Positions 27,980 through 38,141 of a stretch of DNA of 64,000 bases are shown piece by piece. Position numbers and translations under genes: made by a program. The notes beneath the pieces are model-generated. The model made no database searches. It worked only from the letters and a program-made list of their open reading frames with translations, and had not been told where the DNA came from. The first letter of the stretch is position 1. The number at the start of each line of letters is the position of its first letter. Source of the DNA: Candidatus Nanohaloarchaea archaeon (GTDB lineage: Archaea; Nanohalarchaeota; Nanosalinia; Nanosalinales; Nanosalinaceae); the NCBI GenBank assembly GCA_041640035.1, contig JBEQBC010000002.1, positions 96,001 through 160,000 on the forward strand, in the 5' to 3' direction.

Positions 27980-28714
27980 ATGAGTGCAGAGGATTCATTC
28001 GAAACCCTAGAACTAGCTGTGGACGATCATTATAGAACAGTAGAACTGTTCGAGGAAGCAGTAGATGATGCCGCAATGGGCAGAGAAGTACTGACACAGC
28101 TGATAGATATAACACAGGAGTACGAAGAATTCAGGGAAAGCACAGCGACAGTCAACACGGCCATAGCATCCTACCTTATGGATCATAGAGATCATATGGA
28201 TGCAAGAGCAGTAGAACTGAAGAACGACCACGATCGCCTCGAAGAAGTTATTGAAAATTACAGCCCTGACGGAGCCACAGGTGGAGGAAGCAGTGACGAA
28301 ATAGACATCAACATAACATTTGAAGACGACAGAAGAGGCTTCCTGAAAACAGTAGCTGCAGGCGGCGCATTACTTGCAGGCGGAGGCCTAGCATACGGAA
28401 CATGGCAGAACAGCGGCGACGATATCTACATCGCAGAAGAAAATATAGGGGAAACACCTGGAGACTATACACAGGATGTGGCTAGCAGCGAAGTCATAGA
28501 AAAGTATGTATCAAACATGATGGACGAGGAAGCGTTCTCCGATACATTCACCGAGGTCGGCCAGGATATTGACGGAAAAGACCTCAGCATGGGTTATATG
28601 GATAGTGAAAACCGTATTGACTTCTACGGCGACCAGGTAGTCAGCTCGGTAGAGATGGAAGACCAGCTTTACAATGAGGCAAAAGACGAACTCAACGAAG
28701 TACTACAAAACTGA
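27980..28714 (+). CDS. Helical N-domain + internal twin-arginine motif/TM + acidic domain
   Basis: MSAEDSFETLELAVDDHY...; DRRGFLK at aa ~117-123 followed by hydrophobic segment. Confidence 0.82.
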   Translation: MSAEDSFETLELAVDDHYRTVELFEEAVDDAAMGREVLTQLIDITQEYEEFRESTATVNTAIASYLMDHRDHMDARAVELKNDHDRLEEVIENYSPDGATGGGSSDEIDINITFEDDRRGFLKTVAAGGALLAGGGLAYGTWQNSGDDIYIAEENIGETPGDYTQDVASSEVIEKYVSNMMDEEAFSDTFTEVGQDIDGKDLSMGYMDSENRIDFYGDQVVSSVEMEDQLYNEAKDELNEVLQN

Positions 28715-28774
28715 ATTGTTGTTACTATCCAATAACTATAAAAAACATGAGTGTTAATACTATAGTGTGATAAC

Positions 28775-29926
28775 ATGGTAAACTGGACTAACCTAAAGAA
28801 CACGCTTACAGGCGGAGCAAGTACCGCCAAAGACGAGATGACCAAAACCACAAGAAGAAAATTCCTAACCGGGACAGCAGCCGCAGGAGCAACAGTACTA
28901 GGGGCAGATGCCCTGAGCGACGGAGCAGTCTCTGAAACAGCAGGAAACTGGTGGGAAGAGATTGTAGAAGATCCTATCGGAATGAACATCGATACAGTTA
29001 ACGAATACAATGAAGCAGTGACTGACTTCGAGAACAACTTTGAGGACATGTATCGGTCCGAACTACATTCAGCCAGAGGAACAGACGATGTAGGAAGAAT
29101 GCCCGGCAACCTAGAAGCAGGAGATTCCCTAGACGACGGACAGTACAAAGCACTAGGATTCAACGATGACGACATCAACAACTCCGACGGAAGAAATGTA
29201 GTAGAAAGAGTCGTAGATGATGAAGAATTCACAGTTCTCACACCTGACGCAGTCAGCATGGAAGACAGCAGCTTCGGAGACGAGTTCGGAGCACTAGCAA
29301 TCAACCAGGATCAGAACGAGTTCGATGCTTCTGATCTAAGACAGATGAGAGATGCATACCAGGAAGCAGCTCAGGTAACTCAGGACTGGATGGTCCGAGT
29401 AAACGAACTGCAGACAGAAGGAGAAAGCCTCGACAGACTCTCAACCGAGTACGAAGATGAGGAAGAAGTTCCAGCAGTTCAACAGGCAAGAGAGAACCAG
29501 CAGTACCTCGGAGATGTACAGAACACACTTACAACCGACCACCTCAAGTTCCGAGCACAGGCTAACCTGTTCGACCACGCACTTCAGAACAGCCCTTACA
29601 GCGATGGTGACGAAGTAGGAGTAGACTACGAAGAAGAAACTCAAACACCTGAAGACACTGCTACGGACACACCTGACGATGATACTCCGACAGAAACTCC
29701 AGGCGATTCCTACGGAGAGCACGACACTTACGGAGATCTTTCAGGTTACTGTGAATGGGAGGACGACACGATCAACGAGATCCATGAGTACATGGACGAG
29801 AACGACATCGACAGCTATGATGAGTTCGATGTTGACATCAGCTCAACAAACGGGGACTTCACAGTTGAGCTTACCTACGATGGTAACACCATCAGCGCTG
29901 ACAATGTAGAAGGCTGCGGGGCATAA
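28775..29926 (+). CDS. Twin-arginine signal domain protein, very acidic
   Basis: TRRKFL-TGTAAAGATVLG; T/P/D-rich linker; terminal Cys pair. Confidence 0.82.
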   Translation: MVNWTNLKNTLTGGASTAKDEMTKTTRRKFLTGTAAAGATVLGADALSDGAVSETAGNWWEEIVEDPIGMNIDTVNEYNEAVTDFENNFEDMYRSELHSARGTDDVGRMPGNLEAGDSLDDGQYKALGFNDDDINNSDGRNVVERVVDDEEFTVLTPDAVSMEDSSFGDEFGALAINQDQNEFDASDLRQMRDAYQEAAQVTQDWMVRVNELQTEGESLDRLSTEYEDEEEVPAVQQARENQQYLGDVQNTLTTDHLKFRAQANLFDHALQNSPYSDGDEVGVDYEEETQTPEDTATDTPDDDTPTETPGDSYGEHDTYGDLSGYCEWEDDTINEIHEYMDENDIDSYDEFDVDISSTNGDFTVELTYDGNTISADNVEGCGA

Positions 29927-29978
29927 ATACCCCCTTCCCCCTTTATTGTATTATTGTAGAGGTGTTTACCCTTAATCT

Positions 29979-32900
29979 ATGAAACTAAACAAAGGCTTGA
30001 TAATCGCATTCTTCATAATTTTCGCAGCATCAGCTGCAGCTAACCCAGATGTTTCAGTAAACAACCTTCCTGACACCGCAACACTTCAGGACGGCATAGA
30101 TATAGAGGGAAGCGCCAGTGGAGAAGATCTCGACGAACTCAGCATCAGAATGAGAGACGCAGGAGACAGCCTCTGGACCACATATGTAGAAACCAAAGAC
30201 TGCCAGGGATTACCGGACTGCAGCGTAAACATAAACGACTACAGCCCAGACAGCACTGGAGAAAAAGAATTCTCAGTATACATAGACAATAATAATGGCG
30301 AAGGCAACCACACCGAACCTCAAACCGTAGAGTTTACAGACGGATCCGGAGACGCACAATTAGATGTTTCAATGGATAATCTAGATAGCCAGGCTCCGAC
30401 AGGAGAAGACTTCACATTTGGAGCTAGCGCCAGTGGAGAAAACCTTGACACTCTAGAAATCCAGTATAGAGAGGAAAATGGCGACTGGGAAACACTAGGA
30501 GCAACCAAAAACTGCGAAGGACTACCAGACTGCTCTATTGACTCAAGAACATATAATACAGATACAGCACAGAATGTAGACTTCAAAGCAGTTGTAACCG
30601 AGGAGAGCGGAGACACAGACGAAACAAGTATTCAGACAGTAGAATTTACAGAGTCATCAGATGCACAGCTAGAAGTAACCATGGACAACCTGGACAGCCA
30701 GGCACCAGTAGATGAAGACTTCAACTTTGATGTATCAGCGAGCGGTGAAAACCTTGATACACTGACCGTCGAGTACCGTGAAGAAGGTGGCAGCTGGGAA
30801 CCCCTTGACTCCAAGAACTGTGAGGGACTTCCAGACTGCAGCTTCAACCCGGTTACTTACACACCTACAGAAACACAGGAAGTAGACTTCAAGGCAAACA
30901 TCGAGGAAGAAAGCGGCGATACTGACGAAACAAGTTCTCAATCAGTTGATTTTGTTTCAGACACAAGGATTGACTCCAAAAGCATGAACGATCTTCCAGA
31001 CGAACACTTTACAGATACAGACCTCGAGGTAGAGGGAAGCGTATCTGGAGAGAACCTTGACAGGCTTGAAATACTTGTAGATGATGGAGACGGGTTCTCA
31101 GAATGGGAAGACAAAGACTGCAACGACGCACTGGACTGCTCTATAGACAGAGACTACCAGACCTCTGAAACAGGAGATGTAGAGTTCAAACTGAAGGCTT
31201 ACGCCGGAACTCATGAGGAAGAAACTGATGGAAAGACAGTAGAGTTCGTTGAACCACAGATCTCATTAAGCGCAGACTACCCTATCAACACCCCGGAAGT
31301 AGAATCACCTGTCGATATCAACTGGTTCGTCGATAACCCGGAAGATGTAGATATTGACTACACATTGACGGTAGAGGATGAGGACGGCGACCAGGTGTTC
31401 TCAGAAGATAATATAGACGAGACAAGCTACAGCCTCGACGAAGACTTGGATGAAGGAACATACACATGGACCGTAGAAGCAGTAGACAACGACGGAGATG
31501 TAAGAGCAGATGCAGACGGATCATTCGACCTACAGAACGCTTACATAGACGGAGTAACGATGAATGATCTGCCGAACCAGCAGCTTACAGATGAAGACAT
31601 GGAGATAGAAGCAAGCGCAAGCGGAAGAGACCTCCAAGAACTAATGATAAAACAGAGAGTGCACGGTGACTGGGATACTTACCATGACAAGGACTGTGAA
31701 GGATTGCCTGACTGCAGTATCGATCTACCGGATTACAGCAGAAGTACAGAAGGAGAAGTAGACTACAAAGCAGTAGCAGTCGCAGGAACAGGAGATGACG
31801 AAGAAGAACAGGAATCAGATATACAGACAGTAGAGTTCGTTGACGAAGTTTACCTTGAAGCAGACTTCGACTACCATCCGGAAAATCCGGAGGTAGATGA
31901 AACAGTAGAGTTCGAATCTGAAAGTTCAGGTGATATCGAGGAATGGACCTGGGACTTCGGAGACGGAGAAACAGCCAGCGGACAGGAGGTAGAACACGAG
32001 TTTGATGAGGAGGGCGAATACCCTGTCGAGCTGACAGTCAGCAACGGAGAAAACGAAGATGACGAAACAAAGATCATAGATGTAGGAACTGAACCGGATG
32101 ACTGTGATATAGATGTAGGCGACATCGAATTTGATCCAGAATATGTACAGCCTGGAGAGGAAAGCACTATCAGCATCACAGTCGAGAACGACGGCGACAG
32201 ACAGGACATAGAGGTAGAGTTCCAGGTAAACGACTACAGAGAAAGCCTGGAAGAAGACACACTTGACAGCGGTGAAGAAGAGGAATACAGCATAACAATC
32301 AGCCGCGACTACGACGCAGAGATCATAGCAACAGTAACAACCGAATCCGGAGGAGAAAACCCATGCGGATACCAGGAATGGAATCGAATCGATACACTAT
32401 ATGTAAACGAGGAAGGAGAGAACGATGCAACTTTCAACTTCGATGTAGAAGATGAAGACGGAGACTCACTCGAAGATGTAACAATCAGCGGAGAGAACGG
32501 AGACGACTTCACACGGTACACCGACGATGATGGAGAAGCAACTGCAAACATCGAAAGCGGAACATACGATATAACCGCCTCCAAACCAGGATACGATTCA
32601 GAAACAAAGACAAGAACTGTTGACAGCGGAGAAACCAGAAATGTGGATTTCGAACTAGAAAGAGATGAATCAGCAGAAAACGAAGGTCAGCTATCCGTAC
32701 TTGCAGAAGAACTTGACGGAGAGAGACTTGAAGATGTAGAAATCACAGCAGAGAACGGAGATGACGAAACAGAGTACACAGATGATGACGGAAGAGCATT
32801 CATCTACCTGGAAGAAGGAGATTACACCATCACAGCAGAGAAAGACGGATACCTCGATCAGGCAAGAGATGTAGAGATCGAAGCAGGAGAAAGAACACCT

Positions 32901-34124
32901 GTACTGTTCGAGATGGTTTCCGAAGATGAAGACAGTATAAGGATAACAGATCTGGAATATGACGACACAGTTTGTAGAGGAGACACACTATCCGTTGTAG
33001 TATCTATCAGGAACAGCCGTGACTCTGATGAGATAGTCACCATGAGAACCGAAGGACTTGGAACAGATACAGACAGAGAAGTAGTCACAGACCGTGGAGA
33101 AACAATAACACGAGAAGTCCTTCTGACAAATGTAGAGGGAAGCGGAACAGAACAGTTCACAGTATCGATCGAGAACTCGGTATACGACGAAGAGACCGGA
33201 GAAGTAGAGGTCGAGGACTGCGGAACAACCGATCAGCCTGACGCAGAGGCAACAGGTCTGACTGCAGAAGTCAACCCTAGAACGATCCAGGCAGGAGAAA
33301 CAGTCAATATCAGAGGATTCGTTGACGGGATTCGTGGAGCAGCAGAAGTAGAGTTCGAATCCAACAGCGATCAGATCGCAAGCACGAGCACCGACAGATC
33401 AGGCTACTACTCAACATATGTCAGATTCAACACGCCGGGAACCAAGAGCATCGACATAGAGGCAGGTGGTTTGACCCGTACAAGAAATGTAGAAGTCCTG
33501 GCGACAGCGACGGTAGGTGGAATCACAGCTCCAAGACAGGTATTTGAATCAGAGACCTTCGAGATCTGTGCAGATGTAAGTTCGCAGGTTGACGCAGATG
33601 TGGTACTGCTTCGGAACGGAGATGTAGTTGAGTCAAAGACCGGGGTCGGAGAAGTCTGCTTCGAGACAGAAGCAGGTGAGCCAGGAACAGCGATCTACGA
33701 AGTAAGAGCATTGACAAGCGGTTCAGGTGGAAGTTCAACCCGTGCAGTTCAGGTACTTGAGCAGGGTAATGAGGTAGAGAGCTTCCCAGGACAGTTGGCT
33801 TCGGTTGAGTCTGGAGGCAGTATCGCGAGAGTAGAATTGTATAACACCAACGATGATCTGAAGAGCTACGATATTGAGCTGACAGGTATTGATGATAGAT
33901 GGTACACTCAGAGTGATGAGACAGTTCAGCTGAGAAGCGGTGAAAGAGAGACAGTCTACATCTACCTTACGCCAAGAGCGGAGGGCGAGTACCGTCCACT
34001 GCTCAGCGTAAGTTCAAAGGGAACCACGATTTACAGTCAGGAGATAATCCTGGAGACAGAGGGTACGACTGATTCGAATCCTCCAGGATTTTTCCAGAGA
34101 CTTTTCAGATTCCTTGGAATTTAG
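29979..34124 (+). CDS. 1381-aa cell-surface protein with Ig-like repeats, PKD, CARDB-like and carboxypeptidase-regulatory-like domains
   Basis: Sec signal; WTWDFGDG PKD motif; TDDDG...GxYxITAxKxGY repeats; C-terminal GFFQRLFRFLGI. Confidence 0.88.
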   Translation: MKLNKGLIIAFFIIFAASAAANPDVSVNNLPDTATLQDGIDIEGSASGEDLDELSIRMRDAGDSLWTTYVETKDCQGLPDCSVNINDYSPDSTGEKEFSVYIDNNNGEGNHTEPQTVEFTDGSGDAQLDVSMDNLDSQAPTGEDFTFGASASGENLDTLEIQYREENGDWETLGATKNCEGLPDCSIDSRTYNTDTAQNVDFKAVVTEESGDTDETSIQTVEFTESSDAQLEVTMDNLDSQAPVDEDFNFDVSASGENLDTLTVEYREEGGSWEPLDSKNCEGLPDCSFNPVTYTPTETQEVDFKANIEEESGDTDETSSQSVDFVSDTRIDSKSMNDLPDEHFTDTDLEVEGSVSGENLDRLEILVDDGDGFSEWEDKDCNDALDCSIDRDYQTSETGDVEFKLKAYAGTHEEETDGKTVEFVEPQISLSADYPINTPEVESPVDINWFVDNPEDVDIDYTLTVEDEDGDQVFSEDNIDETSYSLDEDLDEGTYTWTVEAVDNDGDVRADADGSFDLQNAYIDGVTMNDLPNQQLTDEDMEIEASASGRDLQELMIKQRVHGDWDTYHDKDCEGLPDCSIDLPDYSRSTEGEVDYKAVAVAGTGDDEEEQESDIQTVEFVDEVYLEADFDYHPENPEVDETVEFESESSGDIEEWTWDFGDGETASGQEVEHEFDEEGEYPVELTVSNGENEDDETKIIDVGTEPDDCDIDVGDIEFDPEYVQPGEESTISITVENDGDRQDIEVEFQVNDYRESLEEDTLDSGEEEEYSITISRDYDAEIIATVTTESGGENPCGYQEWNRIDTLYVNEEGENDATFNFDVEDEDGDSLEDVTISGENGDDFTRYTDDDGEATANIESGTYDITASKPGYDSETKTRTVDSGETRNVDFELERDESAENEGQLSVLAEELDGERLEDVEITAENGDDETEYTDDDGRAFIYLEEGDYTITAEKDGYLDQARDVEIEAGERTPVLFEMVSEDEDSIRITDLEYDDTVCRGDTLSVVVSIRNSRDSDEIVTMRTEGLGTDTDREVVTDRGETITREVLLTNVEGSGTEQFTVSIENSVYDEETGEVEVEDCGTTDQPDAEATGLTAEVNPRTIQAGETVNIRGFVDGIRGAAEVEFESNSDQIASTSTDRSGYYSTYVRFNTPGTKSIDIEAGGLTRTRNVEVLATATVGGITAPRQVFESETFEICADVSSQVDADVVLLRNGDVVESKTGVGEVCFETEAGEPGTAIYEVRALTSGSGGSSTRAVQVLEQGNEVESFPGQLASVESGGSIARVELYNTNDDLKSYDIELTGIDDRWYTQSDETVQLRSGERETVYIYLTPRAEGEYRPLLSVSSKGTTIYSQEIILETEGTTDSNPPGFFQRLFRFLGI
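30048..31844 (+). repeat. Five ~100-aa intragenic repeats each carrying K(D/N)CxxxxDCS
   Basis: Each unit has ASGE(N/D)L, a Cys pair and ends in TVEF/SVDF; units 2 and 3 are visibly similar at DNA level; a different domain lies between units 4 and 5. Confidence 0.85.
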
Positions 34125-34134
34125 AGTACTTTTT

Positions 34135-34179
34135 GGGCTGACTTGGGTTTCTATTTATGCCCGAGTAGCCAATTTTTTT
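34135..34179 (+). terminator. Stem-loop followed by T-run
   Basis: GGCT-G-ACTTGGGT / GCCCGAGT-AGCC stem with G.U pairs, then TTTTTTT, just after the stop at 34124. Confidence 0.6.
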
Positions 34180-34236
34180 CACTACTACAAATTAATATAA
34201 AAGATTTAGTTGAGGTGTTATTATTAGGTGACAATT

Positions 34237-35988
34237 ATGAACTATAAAGGTTCCAAACTTGGATTACTACTTGCACTTTTAACTCTTACAACAGCCGTGG
34301 CTGCGGCAAGCCCAGCCGAAATGTACATGTTCCCTCAGTCCTCCGATGTGAGGATTGACTCATTCACAGAGTACCAGATAGAGATCGAAAATACTGGTAC
34401 GACAGAAGATGTCTATACTATCTCATCCCCTAACGAAGGAGTTAGAGTGATGCCATCAAGGATACCACAGAACACCGGTCAAACACTTGCACCGGGAGAA
34501 AGCGCGGAGATCTATGTTGTTTATAACCCGCCTACTGATACTGAAGCAGGAACTTACTCATTTACTATCAACGCAGAATCAAGAGCTTCTGGCGAAACTT
34601 ACTCCGTACAGGGAGAAGCAGATGTGATCCGTGGCCACGATATCGAGATCACAGCAGACAGCACTCAAACTGTTTGTAGAGGAGAACAGGCACAGTACCA
34701 GCTAGTACTTGAGAACAGAGGTATGCAGCCTGAAGAATTCCAGCTAACAACAGATAGAGGCGACCTTTCCCAGAGCCGTGTAAACCTTGCAGAAGGAGAA
34801 ACCAAGACAGTTACAGTCACAACATCCTCAGAAACAGCTCTGCAAGAAAGCTTCAATGTAGTCGCAGCATCAACAACAAGCTACGCTCAGGATATCCAGA
34901 CACTCAACCTAGATGTTGAAACATGTTACACATCTGAGATGTCTGTAACACCTGAAAACCAGAGAACAGCTGCATACACAGAAGCAGAGTACGATATAAC
35001 AGTTCGGAACCTTGGAACCAAAGCCGACACATTCACACTTTCCGCAAGCAACGGACAGTTCACAAGCAACCAGGTAGAAGTCGGTGCAGAAAGTACAGAA
35101 ACAGTTACTCTGAGCTACAGACCTGAAACACTTGGAACCACCAGCATCGATATCTCAGCTGAAGGAAAGTCCTCAGCATCAAGCACTGTACAGGTCGAAT
35201 CCTACAACGGCATGGATGTAGAGACCTCATTCAGCCAGGACGGCTACACCGTATGTGAGAATCAGGAAAGAAATGTAGGCCTGCGTGTTGAGAACACAGG
35301 CGAGGCAACAGACACCTTCGATCTTTCAACAAGTGAAGGAGAAATCAGAAGCGATGAAGTAACACTTGAACCAGGAGAATCACAGAGAGTTCCAATCAGA
35401 TTCACAGGTTCGGACTATGAGGAAGGTAGCGAAATCGGTGTTGATGTAGAGGCAGTTTCACAGACATTCGACGAGACAAGCGACACTGTTTCAACAACAG
35501 TCACAGTTGACAACTGCTGGGACCTAGAGATGAATGTAGTTCCAACAGTTCTCAGCGCAGGAGAGAACAGAAGCGCAGTCTACGAGGTCAAACTCGAGAA
35601 CACAGGTTCAAAGGAGAACACCTACAGACTAGACAGCCAAGGACCAGAATGGATCTCACTCAGACCAGAACAGGTCACAGTCCAAGCAGGAGAAACAGAA
35701 CACGCCTACATCTACGCAGGAATCCCTTACGAGAAGAAGGGAGAAGTACAGATCACAGCAGAAGCAGTAGGAACCAATGTAACTGAAACCGAAGAGGTTA
35801 CACTGGTAATAGGCCAAGAAGTAGAGGAATCAATCAGAAACAACCAGAACAAGGTAACAGGCGCATTCACAAGACTAGGCGACTCAATCACAGGCCTAGC
35901 TAACTCAAGCACACTGGTCAAGCTCCTAGGAGCAATCCTAGCAGGAGCAGTCCTGACAGGACTCATCCTGTACAGAGAAACCAGATAA
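34237..35988 (+). CDS. Cell-surface protein with tandem Ig-like (COG1470/NPCBM-associated-like) repeats and C-terminal TM anchor
   Basis: Signal peptide; five repeats of xN(T/R/L)GxxxxxY/FxL; C-terminal hydrophobic helix; ATG 34237 after AGGTGA. Confidence 0.85.
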   Translation: MNYKGSKLGLLLALLTLTTAVAAASPAEMYMFPQSSDVRIDSFTEYQIEIENTGTTEDVYTISSPNEGVRVMPSRIPQNTGQTLAPGESAEIYVVYNPPTDTEAGTYSFTINAESRASGETYSVQGEADVIRGHDIEITADSTQTVCRGEQAQYQLVLENRGMQPEEFQLTTDRGDLSQSRVNLAEGETKTVTVTTSSETALQESFNVVAASTTSYAQDIQTLNLDVETCYTSEMSVTPENQRTAAYTEAEYDITVRNLGTKADTFTLSASNGQFTSNQVEVGAESTETVTLSYRPETLGTTSIDISAEGKSSASSTVQVESYNGMDVETSFSQDGYTVCENQERNVGLRVENTGEATDTFDLSTSEGEIRSDEVTLEPGESQRVPIRFTGSDYEEGSEIGVDVEAVSQTFDETSDTVSTTVTVDNCWDLEMNVVPTVLSAGENRSAVYEVKLENTGSKENTYRLDSQGPEWISLRPEQVTVQAGETEHAYIYAGIPYEKKGEVQITAEAVGTNVTETEEVTLVIGQEVEESIRNNQNKVTGAFTRLGDSITGLANSSTLVKLLGAILAGAVLTGLILYRETR

Positions 35989-36312
35989 CTTGCCAAATAT
36001 TTTTCTTCTCTCATCTTCTTCTCATTACTTATTTCTCAACAGCTTAACTGTCCATATTTGCCTAGTTGTTCGAGTATGTCAAAGACAACCAAGTAACTGA
36101 TCCGATACCACAATTAATACAAACATTTGAAAAACTTCACAGACTCTTCACCAGATATCTAATTTCTCTCTGAAAAGCATAAAGCTCATAGAGCTAGTAT
36201 AGTAGAAAATGTTACCAAAAGACGATAAGGTGTTGCCTAGTAGCGAAACATTATCTAGAGAATTGTTTTCTCAGTTCAAAAATAGAAAGAAGAGAAAATA
36301 GAAACGGACTGA

Positions 36313-37278
36313 TTACCGCCTTGGCTGAACTGTAGCCGTCGTGCTTGCATCCGTGTAATAACTGTAGCTAGCGTCAATGGTTAGAGGAACTGTCTGTGTG
36401 ATTGAGAATGAGTCTGGCAGAGTCATCTCAAAGCAGTGATTTCCTCTTGAACCTGTCAACATTACTGTCTCTGTCGCAGTTCCATCGTCATTTGCTGCGG
36501 GGAAGTCTACTCCTGCGGATTCAGATACACTAACTTCTACTTTGTCTCTTGGATCGTTGTCCTCTGAACCTAGATCAATGCTTGTGATTTCTCCATCTTG
36601 CGTATCAGTGTATTCATCGACACTAGGTGCGAATGGTGTTCCCTGACCTTCATTTCTGACTGTTACACAGAGATCGGAGTCAACACTTGAACTTTCCCCA
36701 TCTTCAGATGTGAAGTATCTGACCGGGCTGCGTGTATTGATATCAATCTGGATCGGACCATCTGTGTTGGATGTTGAAGGTCTTGAAGGACTGTAGTCTC
36801 CCTGCAGGAATTCGTCCTCCCGTACAAGTTCAATCTGTGTAGTTGCTTCGGATGAGTAGTCGTAGTAGAGCCGAGTCTGGAAATTGTAGTCAACAGATTG
36901 AGATCCTAGGTCGGGAGCAGTAAGCGCCCAGTTCTGCCTTCTTGTCTGAGCAGGTATCTCATTCTCTGGATCTGCTGCTCTAATTCCTCCTATGTCTACA
37001 ATCTGAGGCCCTGATTCAATCTCCCAAGAGCCAGGTCCTCCTCCGATAGGAGCCTGGTAAAGCTTGGCTACTGCATTGGATGCATCAACTCCTCCTTGAT
37101 TGATTACGCTCATGGATATCTGAGCTGACTGTCCACTAAAGGTGCTAGAAGGAGTTGCGGAGAAATTGGTTATTTGAACACCAGCTGTTGAAGCTGATTC
37201 TTCGCCGCCACCATTAGTACATCCTGCAATGATGACGGTAATTGCGATAAGTGCTAAAGCTGTTTTGTTTGTTTTCAT
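36313..37278 (-). CDS. Lipoprotein, Ig-like fold
   Basis: Lipobox IIAGC; YYDY and GPIQIDI motifs. Confidence 0.8.
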   Translation of the reverse strand: MKTNKTALALIAITVIIAGCTNGGGEESASTAGVQITNFSATPSSTFSGQSAQISMSVINQGGVDASNAVAKLYQAPIGGGPGSWEIESGPQIVDIGGIRAADPENEIPAQTRRQNWALTAPDLGSQSVDYNFQTRLYYDYSSEATTQIELVREDEFLQGDYSPSRPSTSNTDGPIQIDINTRSPVRYFTSEDGESSSVDSDLCVTVRNEGQGTPFAPSVDEYTDTQDGEITSIDLGSEDNDPRDKVEVSVSESAGVDFPAANDDGTATETVMLTGSRGNHCFEMTLPDSFSITQTVPLTIDASYSYYTDASTTATVQPRR

Positions 37279-37280
37279 GG

Positions 37281-38141
37281 TTATCGTACTATTGTTATAG
37301 GCAGGGTTTGTTGTTTCTGGTATTTATAGGATGCGGCAACGAAAACATTACGCTGAGACTCTGAATCCACATTAAACGCACATTCATCACTGAACTCATC
37401 ATCCTCCGTATTTCTCCTACGGCCATCTGAAGGACATATCAAATCGCCGTCATCATCCTCAAATATTGATCTAGGAGTATAACTGAAGTCGTACTTCTCT
37501 GATTCAACGGAGCCTGGTCCACTGTTCCTTATATCGAGCTCAAATTGGTTGAAACTGCTGTCCAGAGCCGCCGGGTTGTCTGCTGTGATAGTCAATGTAA
37601 CTTCATTATTTGAGAATTTTCTTGTGACCTGATCTGAAGACTCTATATCGTCTCTATCCATGAAACTAAATGTAAGCGGTTCTCTATTGGTTACCTGTGA
37701 ATCATAGGAAACAATTACTGAAACATATTCCTGTTTCTGATCAAACTGTCCTAACCGTGATCTGTTAGGGGCGTATACTTCCCAGGTACATCTCATTTGA
37801 TCCACTGTTTCCTCTCTCACTGCATTCAAATTCTCTTTGTTACATGCTTCATCAGTAGTGGTATCGCTTACATTTTCTAGATATCCTGTATTAGCTAACT
37901 CGATTTGTGGGTCGACATCGATTTCGTGGTGGTTGGATAGAACAAGCTGTATCTCTGTTCGCTGACCTAGATTTCCGTCACCTGCACGGAGCTGGTTATC
38001 CGCTACAGAAACCTCTGTTAGTTCTAGGCCTTTTCCTGGATCTGGTTCTATTCCTTCTGGCGAATCATTGGTTTCAATTAGGCTTGTGCATCCTGAGACT
38101 ATGACTGCTGCCGCTATTAAGGCTAGAATTCGTTTATCCAC
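37281..38141 (-). CDS. Lipoprotein, Ig-like fold
   Basis: Lipobox IVSGC; terminal ASYKY. Confidence 0.8.
   Translation of the reverse strand: MDKRILALIAAAVIVSGCTSLIETNDSPEGIEPDPGKGLELTEVSVADNQLRAGDGNLGQRTEIQLVLSNHHEIDVDPQIELANTGYLENVSDTTTDEACNKENLNAVREETVDQMRCTWEVYAPNRSRLGQFDQKQEYVSVIVSYDSQVTNREPLTFSFMDRDDIESSDQVTRKFSNNEVTLTITADNPAALDSSFNQFELDIRNSGPGSVESEKYDFSYTPRSIFEDDDGDLICPSDGRRRNTEDDEFSDECAFNVDSESQRNVFVAASYKYQKQQTLPITIVR

Noticed and set aside
35989-36312. ~320-nt gap between convergent genes as ncRNA, origin or small gene
   Set aside because: AT-rich with terminator-like pyrimidine/purine runs at each end; no convincing stem, ORB-like repeat or ORF found by eye
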